Source: Anaerolineales bacterium
GTDB lineage: Bacteria > Chloroflexota > Anaerolineae > Anaerolineales > E44-bin32
Length of the DNA: 35,692 nt
Reading direction: 5' to 3'
NCBI GenBank assembly: GCA_022866145.1
Contig: JALHUE010000071.1
Location: 1 to 35,692 of the forward strand
Position 1 is the first letter of the stretch. Every line of letters starts with the position of its first letter. Of this stretch, positions 16,429-24,278 are shown in pieces. Both the position numbers and the translations under genes were made by a program. The notes under the pieces were generated by a model. It saw nothing but the letters and a program-made list of their open reading frames with translations, was not told where the DNA came from and did not search any database.

Positions 16429-18471
16429 GTGCCCAACCGTCTGCGCTCCGAAAGCTCCCCCTATCTGCAGCAGCATGCCGACAACCCGGTGGAATGGTGG
16501 CCGTGGAGCGACGAAGCCCTGGCCTTCGCCCGCGCCCACGACCGCCCGATCTTCCTGAGCATCGGCTACGCCGCCTGCCATTGGTGCCATGTGATGGCCC
16601 ACGAATCGTTCGAGGATCCTGCGACCGCCTGGCTGCTGAACCAGGACTTCGTCCCAATCAAGGTGGACCGGGAGGAACGCCCGGATCTGGACGCGATCTA
16701 CATGCAGGCCGTCGTCGCCATGACCGGACAGGGCGGCTGGCCGCTGTCGGCCTTTCTGACGCCGGCAGGCGAGCCGTTCTTCGCCGGCACCTACTTTCCA
16801 CCGGAGCCGCGCCACAACCTGCCCGCCTTCCGCCAGGTCTTGCAGGCCATGGCCCAGGCCTGGCGCAGTGATCGCTCCCGGCTGCAGGCCACCGCCCAAA
16901 GAGTGCTGGAGCATCTGACCCAGGCGCCGGCGGGGGGCGAGGCCGATGCGGGGCTGGACACCGATCTGCTGAGCACGGCCTCCCGGGGACTCTTCGAGAC
17001 CTACGACTGGACGCACGGCGGCTGGGGAGGCGCACCCAAGTTCCCGCAGGCCTCTGCCATCGAGCTCCTGCTGAGGCTGCACGTACGCAACCACGATCGG
17101 CTCCCGCTCGACATGGCGGTGGACTGCCTGCAGCGAATGGCGCACGGTGGATTGTATGACCAGCTGGGGGGCGGGTTCCACCGCTACTCCGTCGATGCCG
17201 CCTGGCAGGTGCCACATTTCGAGAAGATGCTCTACGACAATGCGCTGCTGGCTCGGGCCTACCTGCATGCTTGGCAGCTGACCGGCGACGAGGAGCTGCT
17301 GCAGGTCAGCCGCAGCACGCTGGACTACCTGCTGCGAGAGATGGCCGATTCCGTCGGCGGGTTCTACAGTTCGGAGGACGCCGACTCGGAGGGCGAGGAA
17401 GGCAGGTTTTACCTGTGGGCGATTCCGGAGATTCGCCAGCTGCTGGAACCGTCCGGACTCTCGGACTTCGCCCAAGCGGCCTACGGCACCACCGAAGGCG
17501 GCAACTTCGAGGGTCGCAACATCCTGCACCTGCCCCTCGCCCCAACCCGACTGGCCGATCGCCTGGGCCTTGGCCTCACCGAGTTTGGGGTGATGCTCAA
17601 GCAGGTCAACGGCGTGCTGTTCCAGGCACGCCAGCACAGGCGCCGACCGGGCCGCGATGAGAAGGTCCTGACCGACTGGAACGGCCTGCTCTTGGCCACA
17701 CTGGCCGATGCCGCTCGGGCCCTGCAGGATTCGACCTATCTGGCCGCTGCCCAGAAACTGGCTGGGTTCCTGCTGTTCTCCTGGGAGCAGCGTGGGCGAC
17801 TGCATCACGCCTGGCGCGACGGCCGGCCGAAGGTGCCGGCGTTCTTGAAGGACTTCGCCGCGCTGGGCAGCGGACTTCTGACGCTCTACCAGGCTGACTT
17901 CGACAACCGCTGGTATTCGGCGGCCTTGGATTGTGCCGAGCAGATTCTGCGCACCTTCGAGGACCCCGCTGGCGGCTTCTACGATGTGCCCGCGGATGAG
18001 CACGGCCTACTCTTCCGACCGATGGAGCTTCAAGACTCCCCCTCGCCCTCCGGCGGCGCCCTGGCCGCCAGCCTGCTGCTCCAGCTCGCCACGCTCGCCG
18101 ACGATCAGCGGCTTGAGCGCGCCGCCGAGCGGGCCATCGCCCGGATGCAGCCTCTCGGCCGGCAGCACCCGGGCGCATTTGCCGCCTGGTTGGCCGCCTT
18201 GGACTACGCCTGCGGACCCCGCTGGCAGCTGGCCCTGCTGGGGAGAACTGGCTTCCCGGACCTCCAGGCCCTGATGGCGACGGCCGCCGCCGGGTTCCAT
18301 CCGCGGCTGCTGACCGCCGGGGCACCCCAGTATCGGCCGGAAGGGCCTGCCCTTCTGCTGAATCGAGGGCCGATCAACGGACAGGCGGCAGCCTACTTGT
18401 GCCAGGACTACCACTGCGACCTGCCGACGACGGATCCGGCCGAATTGCGTGCTCAGCTTCAGAAGGTCTAG
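16429..18471 (+). CDS. Thioredoxin-domain protein of the YyaL/DUF255 (SPATA20-like) family with a six-hairpin glycosidase-like C-terminal domain
   Basis: SSPYLQQHADNPVEWWPWSDEAL, IFLSIGYAACHWCHVMAHESF, GGWPLSAFLTP, HFEKMLYDNALL and FYLW motifs. Confidence 0.88.
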   Translation: MPNRLRSESSPYLQQHADNPVEWWPWSDEALAFARAHDRPIFLSIGYAACHWCHVMAHESFEDPATAWLLNQDFVPIKVDREERPDLDAIYMQAVVAMTGQGGWPLSAFLTPAGEPFFAGTYFPPEPRHNLPAFRQVLQAMAQAWRSDRSRLQATAQRVLEHLTQAPAGGEADAGLDTDLLSTASRGLFETYDWTHGGWGGAPKFPQASAIELLLRLHVRNHDRLPLDMAVDCLQRMAHGGLYDQLGGGFHRYSVDAAWQVPHFEKMLYDNALLARAYLHAWQLTGDEELLQVSRSTLDYLLREMADSVGGFYSSEDADSEGEEGRFYLWAIPEIRQLLEPSGLSDFAQAAYGTTEGGNFEGRNILHLPLAPTRLADRLGLGLTEFGVMLKQVNGVLFQARQHRRRPGRDEKVLTDWNGLLLATLADAARALQDSTYLAAAQKLAGFLLFSWEQRGRLHHAWRDGRPKVPAFLKDFAALGSGLLTLYQADFDNRWYSAALDCAEQILRTFEDPAGGFYDVPADEHGLLFRPMELQDSPSPSGGALAASLLLQLATLADDQRLERAAERAIARMQPLGRQHPGAFAAWLAALDYACGPRWQLALLGRTGFPDLQALMATAAAGFHPRLLTAGAPQYRPEGPALLLNRGPINGQAAAYLCQDYHCDLPTTDPAELRAQLQKV

Positions 18472-18475
18472 GGGC

Positions 18476-19555
18476 GTGACCCCTCGGCGCCCTCTCGGGC
18501 CGAACAGCCGGCTACTGCGCCTCGTCCGTCGTCTGGTCATGCTAGCGGCGGGGGTCTTGGTGTTCTTCCTTGGCCTGCTCCTGATGAAGGAAGGGGTGGT
18601 TCCGGTCACGCCCTTCCTTCGAACACAGCTCTCGGTGTCCAGCCCGGCGAGCGCCCTTGGGTTTGGTTGGGTGCTCTCCAGCCTCGCCCTGTCGGGCTCT
18701 CCCGTTGCCGCCACCGCCCTCAGCTTCCAAGATGCTGGCGCGCTGTCGGTCAGGGAATCCTTCGCCATGATCGCCGGTTCGAGGCTGGGGGCGTCGTTTG
18801 TTGTGGTCCTTGTCGGGTTCATCTACATGCTGCGCGGCCGCAGCCGGGAGATGTCGCTGGGGGCGGGCCTGCTGGCCTTGCTGGTGACTCAGTCCACCTA
18901 CATCCCCGCTCTCGGCGTTGGCCTGTATTTCCTGCGGGCCGATTGGTTCAATGGGGTACGATTCACTGCGCAACAGGCAATGGAATCACCGCTGGACCTG
19001 CTGCTGAACTCGATCGTCAGCGGCTTCTCGCGACTGTTTCCGCTGTGGCTTCTGCTGCCGATAGGGTTCGCGTTGATCTTGACCAGCTTCCGGGTGATCG
19101 ACCGCGCCCTGCCAACCCTACGGATCGAACAAACCGATCTCGGCAGGATCAACCGCCTGCTCTACCGGCCGCTGGTGACCTTCCTGCTCGGCGCGGCGGT
19201 GACCTCGGTCACGCTTTCCGTATCTTTGTCGCTGAGCCTGCTGGTCCCGCTGTCGGCCCGCGGCTACATCCGCCAGGAGAACGCCATCCCCTACATCATG
19301 GGCGCCAACATCACAACCTTTGTCGACACCCTGGTGGCAGCCGCTATGCTGGGAAACCCAGCGGCAGTGACTGTCGTCCTGGCCGAGATGGCCAGTGTCG
19401 GGCTGGTGTCGATGCTCATCCTGCTGTTCGTGTACCGTCCGTATCAACGAGCCATTGTCGGCCTGATGCGGCGTTTGGCGCTCCGGCGCCGATGGCTCAC
19501 GGTCTACCTGGCCGCCATCTTCGCCGTCCCGATCATTCTGCTGTTCTACTATTGA
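18476..19555 (+). CDS. Na/Pi-cotransporter-family-like polytopic membrane protein
   Basis: Two internal repeats resemble the Na_Pi_cotrans signature (MIAGSRLGASFVV and IMGANITTFVDTLVAA), with about 8 TM helices. The start is ambiguous: GTG at 18449 (overlaps the upstream gene), GTG at 18476, or ATG at 18539. Confidence 0.65.
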   Translation: MTPRRPLGPNSRLLRLVRRLVMLAAGVLVFFLGLLLMKEGVVPVTPFLRTQLSVSSPASALGFGWVLSSLALSGSPVAATALSFQDAGALSVRESFAMIAGSRLGASFVVVLVGFIYMLRGRSREMSLGAGLLALLVTQSTYIPALGVGLYFLRADWFNGVRFTAQQAMESPLDLLLNSIVSGFSRLFPLWLLLPIGFALILTSFRVIDRALPTLRIEQTDLGRINRLLYRPLVTFLLGAAVTSVTLSVSLSLSLLVPLSARGYIRQENAIPYIMGANITTFVDTLVAAAMLGNPAAVTVVLAEMASVGLVSMLILLFVYRPYQRAIVGLMRRLALRRRWLTVYLAAIFAVPIILLFYY

Positions 19556-19564
19556 GGACGAACG

Positions 19565-20392
19565 ATGCACGTACTGGTCTGCTGCAAAGAACCCGACCGA
19601 GCTCAACCCCTGCTCCAGCTCCTGGCGCAGCTCAGCCTGAGGGGGCCGACAGCGATCACTCTACTGACGGTTGTCGGGAAGCGCCAAGCGGTGACTCCAG
19701 CAGAGCCCCCGCGCCTGCCTGCTCTCCCTTGGCCTGTGCGGCCCAAGATCCGGCGTGGCCCGGTTGTGCCGGAGATCCTGGCCGAAATCGAGGAGGCTGG
19801 CGACCTGGGGCTGGTCGTTTGCGGCTGGCGTTCGCCTCGCGCCTCCCTAGGATCGACGGCCAAGCGGCTGTTCCGCGCCTGTCCGACCGACCTGCTGTTG
19901 GCCCGGCCTTCTGCCGGCGGCCTCAGCCGCGCCCTGATCTGCACAGGCGGCGAGACACCCTCGCTGGCCACGCTCCGATCCGCGGCAGGGATCCTAGACA
20001 CAGGGGAGATCGAGGTCAGCATCCTGCACGTGATGTCGCAGGTGGCATTCAGCAATGCCAGCCCCCATGCTGACCTCGTGGACAGCGCCGAGACGGCCAT
20101 GCAGCGCGGCACGCGTGAGGGGATGCATCTCCGGCAGGCGATCGAGGTGTTCGCCAGTGAAGAATACGGGGGGGAGGTCCTTCCCGTGCTGCGACACGGG
20201 CTGGTCGCTGACGAAGCCGTGGCCGAACTCCATGAGGGAGGATATGACCTGCTGGTGATCGGCAGCCTGCCGCCGGGCCGCGCGCGGCGTTGGAGTGACC
20301 TGCTTCTTGAGGATGTCGGAGCCGAAATCGCCTGGCGCGCGCCCTGCTCCGTCCTGGTGATTCGGCCGGAGCCCTCCTCGACCTCGGGGTGA
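19565..20392 (+). CDS. Tandem universal stress protein (UspA-family) domains
   Basis: There are two USP-like halves. The second ends with the typical GYDLLVIGS and CSVLVIRP. A GAGGA RBS lies 6 nt upstream of the ATG. Confidence 0.7.
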   Translation: MHVLVCCKEPDRAQPLLQLLAQLSLRGPTAITLLTVVGKRQAVTPAEPPRLPALPWPVRPKIRRGPVVPEILAEIEEAGDLGLVVCGWRSPRASLGSTAKRLFRACPTDLLLARPSAGGLSRALICTGGETPSLATLRSAAGILDTGEIEVSILHVMSQVAFSNASPHADLVDSAETAMQRGTREGMHLRQAIEVFASEEYGGEVLPVLRHGLVADEAVAELHEGGYDLLVIGSLPPGRARRWSDLLLEDVGAEIAWRAPCSVLVIRPEPSSTSG

Positions 20393-20626
20393 GCCCTTCA
20401 CATCCACCAACGGGCTCCTTCCAGGCAGCCGTCGCACGGGGAAGCCGCGCCGGTCAGCCGGGCAACCACCCCTCAACCCAGCAGGGAAGCGATGAACCCG
20501 GGGTAGTGACTGCAGCTTGCCTCATCCCGCCCGGTCTGTCGACCAAGACGAGATTCCTGCGCTCTTCCGCAGGCGCTGCCCAGTGGGTCCGGCATCGTTC
20601 AGTCGCAACCTGCACTTGGCGTCGGC

Positions 20627-22468
20627 TTACTCCACTGTGACGCTCTTGGCCAGATTCCGCGGCTGGTCGACATCGGCGCCCCGCAGCACAGCCACGTGGT
20701 AGGCCAGCAACTGCAGCGGAACGATGGTGACGATCGGGCTCAGCAGCCAGGGGGTTTCGGGCACCCACAGGACATGGTCGGCCAGCGGCGGCACGAGGGT
20801 ATCGCCTTCCGTCGCCACGACAATCACCGGCCCACCCCGGGCTTTGGTCTGCTCGATCTGGCTGATCATCTTCTCATACCAGGGATCCTTGGGGGCGATG
20901 GCGACAACCGGCAAGTCCTTGTCGACGAGGGCGATCGGCCCGTGCTTCATCTCGCCGGCGGGATACGCCTCGGCATGGATGTACGAGATCTCCTTCAGCT
21001 TGAGGGCGCCCTCGTAGGCGATCGGCATGTTGATGCCCCGCCCCAGGTACAGGCAATGCCAGATCTCCTTGAGCGTCCGGGCGACAACTTCGACTTCCGG
21101 CTCACGTTCCAGCGTTCGCCCGACCAGGTCCGGCACAAGCCGCAGGTCGGCGACCAGCTGCTTGCGTCGCGCCGGTGTCAGCCCTCCGCGTAGGTCTGCC
21201 AGGAGCACGGCCAGCATGTACAGGTCGATCAGCGGCGCCGTAAAGGCTTTGGTTGAAGCGACCCCGATCTCGGGCCCCACCTGCATGCTGATCGAGGCGT
21301 CGGCAATGCGCATGGCCTGTGAGCCGACGGCGTTGACGATGGACCAGATCCTGGCGCCGCGCCGGCGAGCCTCATCGATCGCCGCCAGGGTATCCGCCGT
21401 CTCGCCGGACTGGCTGATCGCCAGCACGACAGTGTCACTGTCGACCAGGGGCTCGCGGTAGCGGAATTCGGAGGCGATGTCGACCTCGACAGGGATGCGA
21501 GCGATCGACTCAATCATCACCTTGCCCACCATGCCGGCATGGGCTGCCGTCCCACAGGCGGTGATCACGATCTTGCGGATGGCGGCGGCGTCGGTCGGAG
21601 TCAGGCCGAGCTGGGGCAGCAGGATCCGGGCGTCGTCGAAATCCACCCGCCCGGCGATGGTGTCGGTCGAGGAGCGAACCTGCTCGTGGATCTCCTTCTG
21701 CATGAAATGCTTGTACTCGCCCTTCTCGGCGGCCACCGGGTCCCACGGAACGCTGTGGATCACCGGCCGAACCACGCTTCCGTCCATGGTTTCGAGGGCG
21801 TAGGCGCTCTGCCGGACCACAGCCATCTGGCCCGGGTCCAGGAAGACCATGCTTCGAGTGTGCTCGAGGATGGCGGGGATATCGGAGGCAAGGAACATCT
21901 CATCTTGCCCGATCCCAAGCACGACGCCGCCGGCGTTGCCCAGGCGGGCGGCGATGATCTTGTCGGGTTCATCGGCCGAGAGCAGCACGATTCCGTGGGC
22001 GCCCTTCAGCAGCGTGAGCGTGCGCCGGGCGGCCTCGGCCAGGCCGTGGCCCATGGCCAGGAATTTCTCCACCAGGTGCACAATCACCTCGGTGTCGGTG
22101 TCGGAGCCGAACTCCACGCCTTCGGCCAGCAATTCCTCTTTGAGGGGCAGGAAGTTCTCAACGATCCCATTGTGCACAACTACCACCCTCCCCGTCGATC
22201 CCAGGTGGGGGTGGGCATTGCGGGCGCTGGGTTCTCCGTGCGTTGCCCAGCGGGTGTGACCGATGCCGACCTGTCCATGCACCGGGTCAGCCGCCAGCAT
22301 TGCACCCAGCCGATCCAGCTTTCCCGCCTGGCGACGGACCTGGATCGTACCGTCTTGGATCACCGCCAGACCGGCCGAGTCGTAGCCGCGGTATTCGAGC
22401 CGTTTGAGCCCGGTGAAGATGATGGGCGCAGCATCGCGCCCGCCGACATAGCCGACGATGCCACACAT
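20627..22468 (-). CDS. glmS: Glutamine--fructose-6-phosphate aminotransferase
   Basis: The MCGIVGYVG N-terminal nucleophile starts at the ATG at 22468, with GGGAGG 6 nt upstream. SIS-domain motifs ISQSGETADT and GPEIGVASTKAF are present, and the C-terminus is LAKSVTVE. The 32-codon extension to 22564 lies inside the ribozyme. Confidence 0.97.
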   Translation of the reverse strand: MCGIVGYVGGRDAAPIIFTGLKRLEYRGYDSAGLAVIQDGTIQVRRQAGKLDRLGAMLAADPVHGQVGIGHTRWATHGEPSARNAHPHLGSTGRVVVVHNGIVENFLPLKEELLAEGVEFGSDTDTEVIVHLVEKFLAMGHGLAEAARRTLTLLKGAHGIVLLSADEPDKIIAARLGNAGGVVLGIGQDEMFLASDIPAILEHTRSMVFLDPGQMAVVRQSAYALETMDGSVVRPVIHSVPWDPVAAEKGEYKHFMQKEIHEQVRSSTDTIAGRVDFDDARILLPQLGLTPTDAAAIRKIVITACGTAAHAGMVGKVMIESIARIPVEVDIASEFRYREPLVDSDTVVLAISQSGETADTLAAIDEARRRGARIWSIVNAVGSQAMRIADASISMQVGPEIGVASTKAFTAPLIDLYMLAVLLADLRGGLTPARRKQLVADLRLVPDLVGRTLEREPEVEVVARTLKEIWHCLYLGRGINMPIAYEGALKLKEISYIHAEAYPAGEMKHGPIALVDKDLPVVAIAPKDPWYEKMISQIEQTKARGGPVIVVATEGDTLVPPLADHVLWVPETPWLLSPIVTIVPLQLLAYHVAVLRGADVDQPRNLAKSVTVE

Positions 22469-22504
22469 GGAACGCCTCCCTTGAACTGGGTAGATCGGTT
22501 GGTT

Positions 22505-22720
22505 GCGCCCTCCCAGCCGTATTGCCCGACCGGTCGCCCGGTCGGTCTTGTCGGCTGGATTCACTTGGGCATGGGTCGGGCGGTGGCTCGCCCGGAGGGC
22601 ATCCGCTGATCTCTCGATTTTCCCGGGAGAACGGTGGAGAGCCGCTCTCGTCTTCCGGTTAGCCCTGCCGCGAAGCAGGGAACCCTCGCCTCGTCACCCC
22701 GTCAGGGGCCATGCGCTACC
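22505..22720 (-). ncRNA. glmS ribozyme: glmS ribozyme (GlcN6P-dependent self-cleaving riboswitch) in the glmS 5' leader
   Basis: Read on the minus strand: A|GCGC cleavage-site block (22717-22713) and a GACGAG block (22652-22647). AUCGAGAGAUCAGCGGAUGCCCUCCGGG (22618-22591) matches the conserved AUCGA...CGGCGGAUGCCUCCCGG core as I remember it. A P3.1-like stem is GGGCG/CGCCC. A P4 stem is CCAGCCG (22558-22552) with CGGCUGG (22519-22513). It encloses a perfect 8-bp hairpin CCGACCGG-GCGA-CCGGUCGG (22545-22526). About 64 nt separate the cleavage site from GACGAG, similar to Bacillus-type ribozymes. It lies immediately upstream of the glmS RBS. Confidence 0.78.
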
Positions 22721-22774
22721 CTGCACTTCCGAATTCTCTGTCCTCGCTGGAACTCCTGTCTGGGCGTTGGACCG

Positions 22775-22780
22775 ATTATA
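22775..22780 (-). promoter_or_regulatory. Candidate -10 (GGTATAAT on minus strand) for the glmS leader
   Basis: Plus-strand attata at 22775-22780, about 58 nt upstream of the putative ribozyme cleavage site and 40 nt downstream of the upstream operon stop. The -35 is poor. Confidence 0.45.
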
Positions 22781-22819
22781 CCGGACCCGCCGTGGGCTCA
22801 GCCACAGTACCAAACATGG

Positions 22820-24265
22820 CTATGCGCAGTCCAGCGTATGTTGGGTGGCTCGCCCCAGGTCGTGGTAGTGGCCGCGGCGGTGGGCAGGCAGCATCTCGGC
22901 CAGGACATACATCGCCTCATCGGTCATCAGCCGCAGCTCGGCGCGGTCCGGCGTCCGCCCCAGCGGGCGAAAACGAAAGGCGGTTCCCAGACGAATCTCG
23001 GCACCCGCTCCCCGCCAGGCTTTCGCCGGCCATGGCGCCGGGAACCCCTCCGTGCCCTCGATCGCCACCGGGACAATCGGAGAGCTGCTGCGGTGAGCGA
23101 GATAGGCAATCCCTTCGCGCGCCTGGATCAGCGCCGGCGAGCGCGTGCCCTCCGGCGCCACGATCAACACCTCGCCCGCCGCCAGCACCGCCAGCGCCCT
23201 GCGCAGCGCCTCGCGGTCGACCTCCCCGCGCCGCACCGGAATGACCTGCCACATGCGCGGCATCCAGCCCAGCACCGGGATATCGTAGGCCTCGGCCTTC
23301 GCCATCGGCACGACGTTCCGCGGCAGCACGCCAAGCAGCGCCACCGGGTCAATGAAGGCGATGTGGTTGATCATCAGGATGGCGGGCCCTTGCGCCGGCA
23401 GGTGCTCCAGCCCGTCGACACGCTTGATCTTGACGAAGAGGGGGAAGACCATCCGCCGCAGAATCCAGCGATAGGCGTTCCGCCGGGCTTCCATGCGGCC
23501 ATGGTCGTAGCTGCCCGACAGCCCACGGGGCAGCAGGCTGGGCGCCGTCGTGGACGGATCCATGCTACCCTGCCCGCTCGTCTCGGGAGCACCCTCGGCC
23601 AAACGCAGCACCTCGGCGACAGCCCCCTCAACGGTCAGCCGCGTCGTATCCAATACCACTCCGTCAGCGGCCGGCTTGAGCGGAGCGAGTTCGCGGGTTG
23701 AGTCGAGGCGATCCCGCGCCTCCAATCCCTTGAGGATCGCGGCGAAGTCGGCCGGCTGACGACGCGCTGCCAGCTCGCTGGCCCGCCGCCGCGCTCGCTC
23801 TTCCAGGCTGGCGTCCAGATACACCTTCAGGTCGGCATCGGGGAGGACCACCGTCCCAATGTCTCTGCCGGCCATGACCACGTCGCCGCGGGCGCCGATC
23901 TCCCGCTGTAGGCCGGTCATAGCCTGCCGGACACCGCTGTACATCGACACCTGCGAGACCGCCGCGTCCACCTGGGCAGCGCGGATCGCCCAGGTCACAT
24001 CCTTGCCACCCAGGAACACATCACACAACCGGCCGTCGATCTTCGAGGCCGGTCGGACATCGATCCGCAATCGACCCGCCAGAGCGGCGACCGGGGCTTC
24101 GGCCGCCGTGTCGATCCCCTCTTGCTGGGCGGCCAGCGTCACTGCCCGGTACATGACCCCTGTGTCGAGGAACAGGTAACCCAAGGCCTTGGCCACCCGC
24201 AGGGCAACCGTGGATTTCCCGGAAGCGGCCGGCCCATCGATGGCAATCGTCCTGGCCCGGGCCAT
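22820..24265 (-). CDS. cmk-plsC: Fusion protein: cytidylate kinase (N-terminal) + 1-acyl-sn-glycerol-3-phosphate acyltransferase (C-terminal)
   Basis: Cmk half: IAIDGPAASGKSTVA, LDTGVMYRAVT and GRDIGTVVLPDA. A Pro/Ser/Thr linker (ETSGQGSMDPSTTAPSLLP) follows. PlsC half: the H-x4-D motif MINHIAFIDP and IVAPEGTRS. It is one uninterrupted frame. The ATG at 24265 lies 13 nt after the upstream stop. Confidence 0.88.
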   Translation of the reverse strand: MARARTIAIDGPAASGKSTVALRVAKALGYLFLDTGVMYRAVTLAAQQEGIDTAAEAPVAALAGRLRIDVRPASKIDGRLCDVFLGGKDVTWAIRAAQVDAAVSQVSMYSGVRQAMTGLQREIGARGDVVMAGRDIGTVVLPDADLKVYLDASLEERARRRASELAARRQPADFAAILKGLEARDRLDSTRELAPLKPAADGVVLDTTRLTVEGAVAEVLRLAEGAPETSGQGSMDPSTTAPSLLPRGLSGSYDHGRMEARRNAYRWILRRMVFPLFVKIKRVDGLEHLPAQGPAILMINHIAFIDPVALLGVLPRNVVPMAKAEAYDIPVLGWMPRMWQVIPVRRGEVDREALRRALAVLAAGEVLIVAPEGTRSPALIQAREGIAYLAHRSSSPIVPVAIEGTEGFPAPWPAKAWRGAGAEIRLGTAFRFRPLGRTPDRAELRLMTDEAMYVLAEMLPAHRRGHYHDLGRATQHTLDCA

Positions 24266-24278
24266 GCCTATCGCCGCC

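Noticed and set aside
16027-16436. Expected scpB immediately downstream of scpA
   Set aside because: The region is occupied by a convergent VanZ-family gene with clear VanZ motifs. No ScpB-like winged-helix protein is encoded in any frame here.
16390-18003. 537-aa ORF antisense to the YyaL-type gene
   Set aside because: It is a typical high-GC stop-free antisense frame with Gly/Arg/Pro/Ala/Gln-rich low-information sequence and no motif. It fully overlaps a strongly homology-supported gene on the other strand.
18667-20073. 468-aa alternative-frame ORF across the Na/Pi-like and USP genes, and similar ORFs at 5742-6899, 22634-23701, 7498-8220, 875-1579 and 64-798
   Set aside because: All are Pro/Arg/Gly/Ala-rich shadow ORFs of supported genes. 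None shows a recognisable motif or an RBS.
20389-20640. 83-aa ORF, or an SRP, 6S or other known RNA, in the USP-glmS spacer
   Set aside because: The ORF has low GC3 for this genome and runs into the glmS 3' end. I could not find SRP domain IV-like or other recognisable RNA motifs by eye. It is kept only as a low-interest spacer finding.
22469-22564. N-terminal extensions given by the ORF track (glmS to 22564, cmk-plsC to 24466, udk from 7291, fabF from 11209, trxA to 14135, OsmC to 14747, the 3371 gene to 3410)
   Set aside because: In each case an internal start gives the canonical family N-terminus (for example MCGIVGY for GlmS), usually with a GGAGG RBS or a -10 box. The extension overlaps an RNA element, a promoter or another gene.
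22689-22695. First GACGAGG copy as the conserved ribozyme core block
   Set aside because: Its distance from the cleavage site (about 22 nt) is too short compared with known glmS ribozymes. The second copy (22652-22647) has the expected spacing, so the first is treated as part of P1/P2 or as coincidence.
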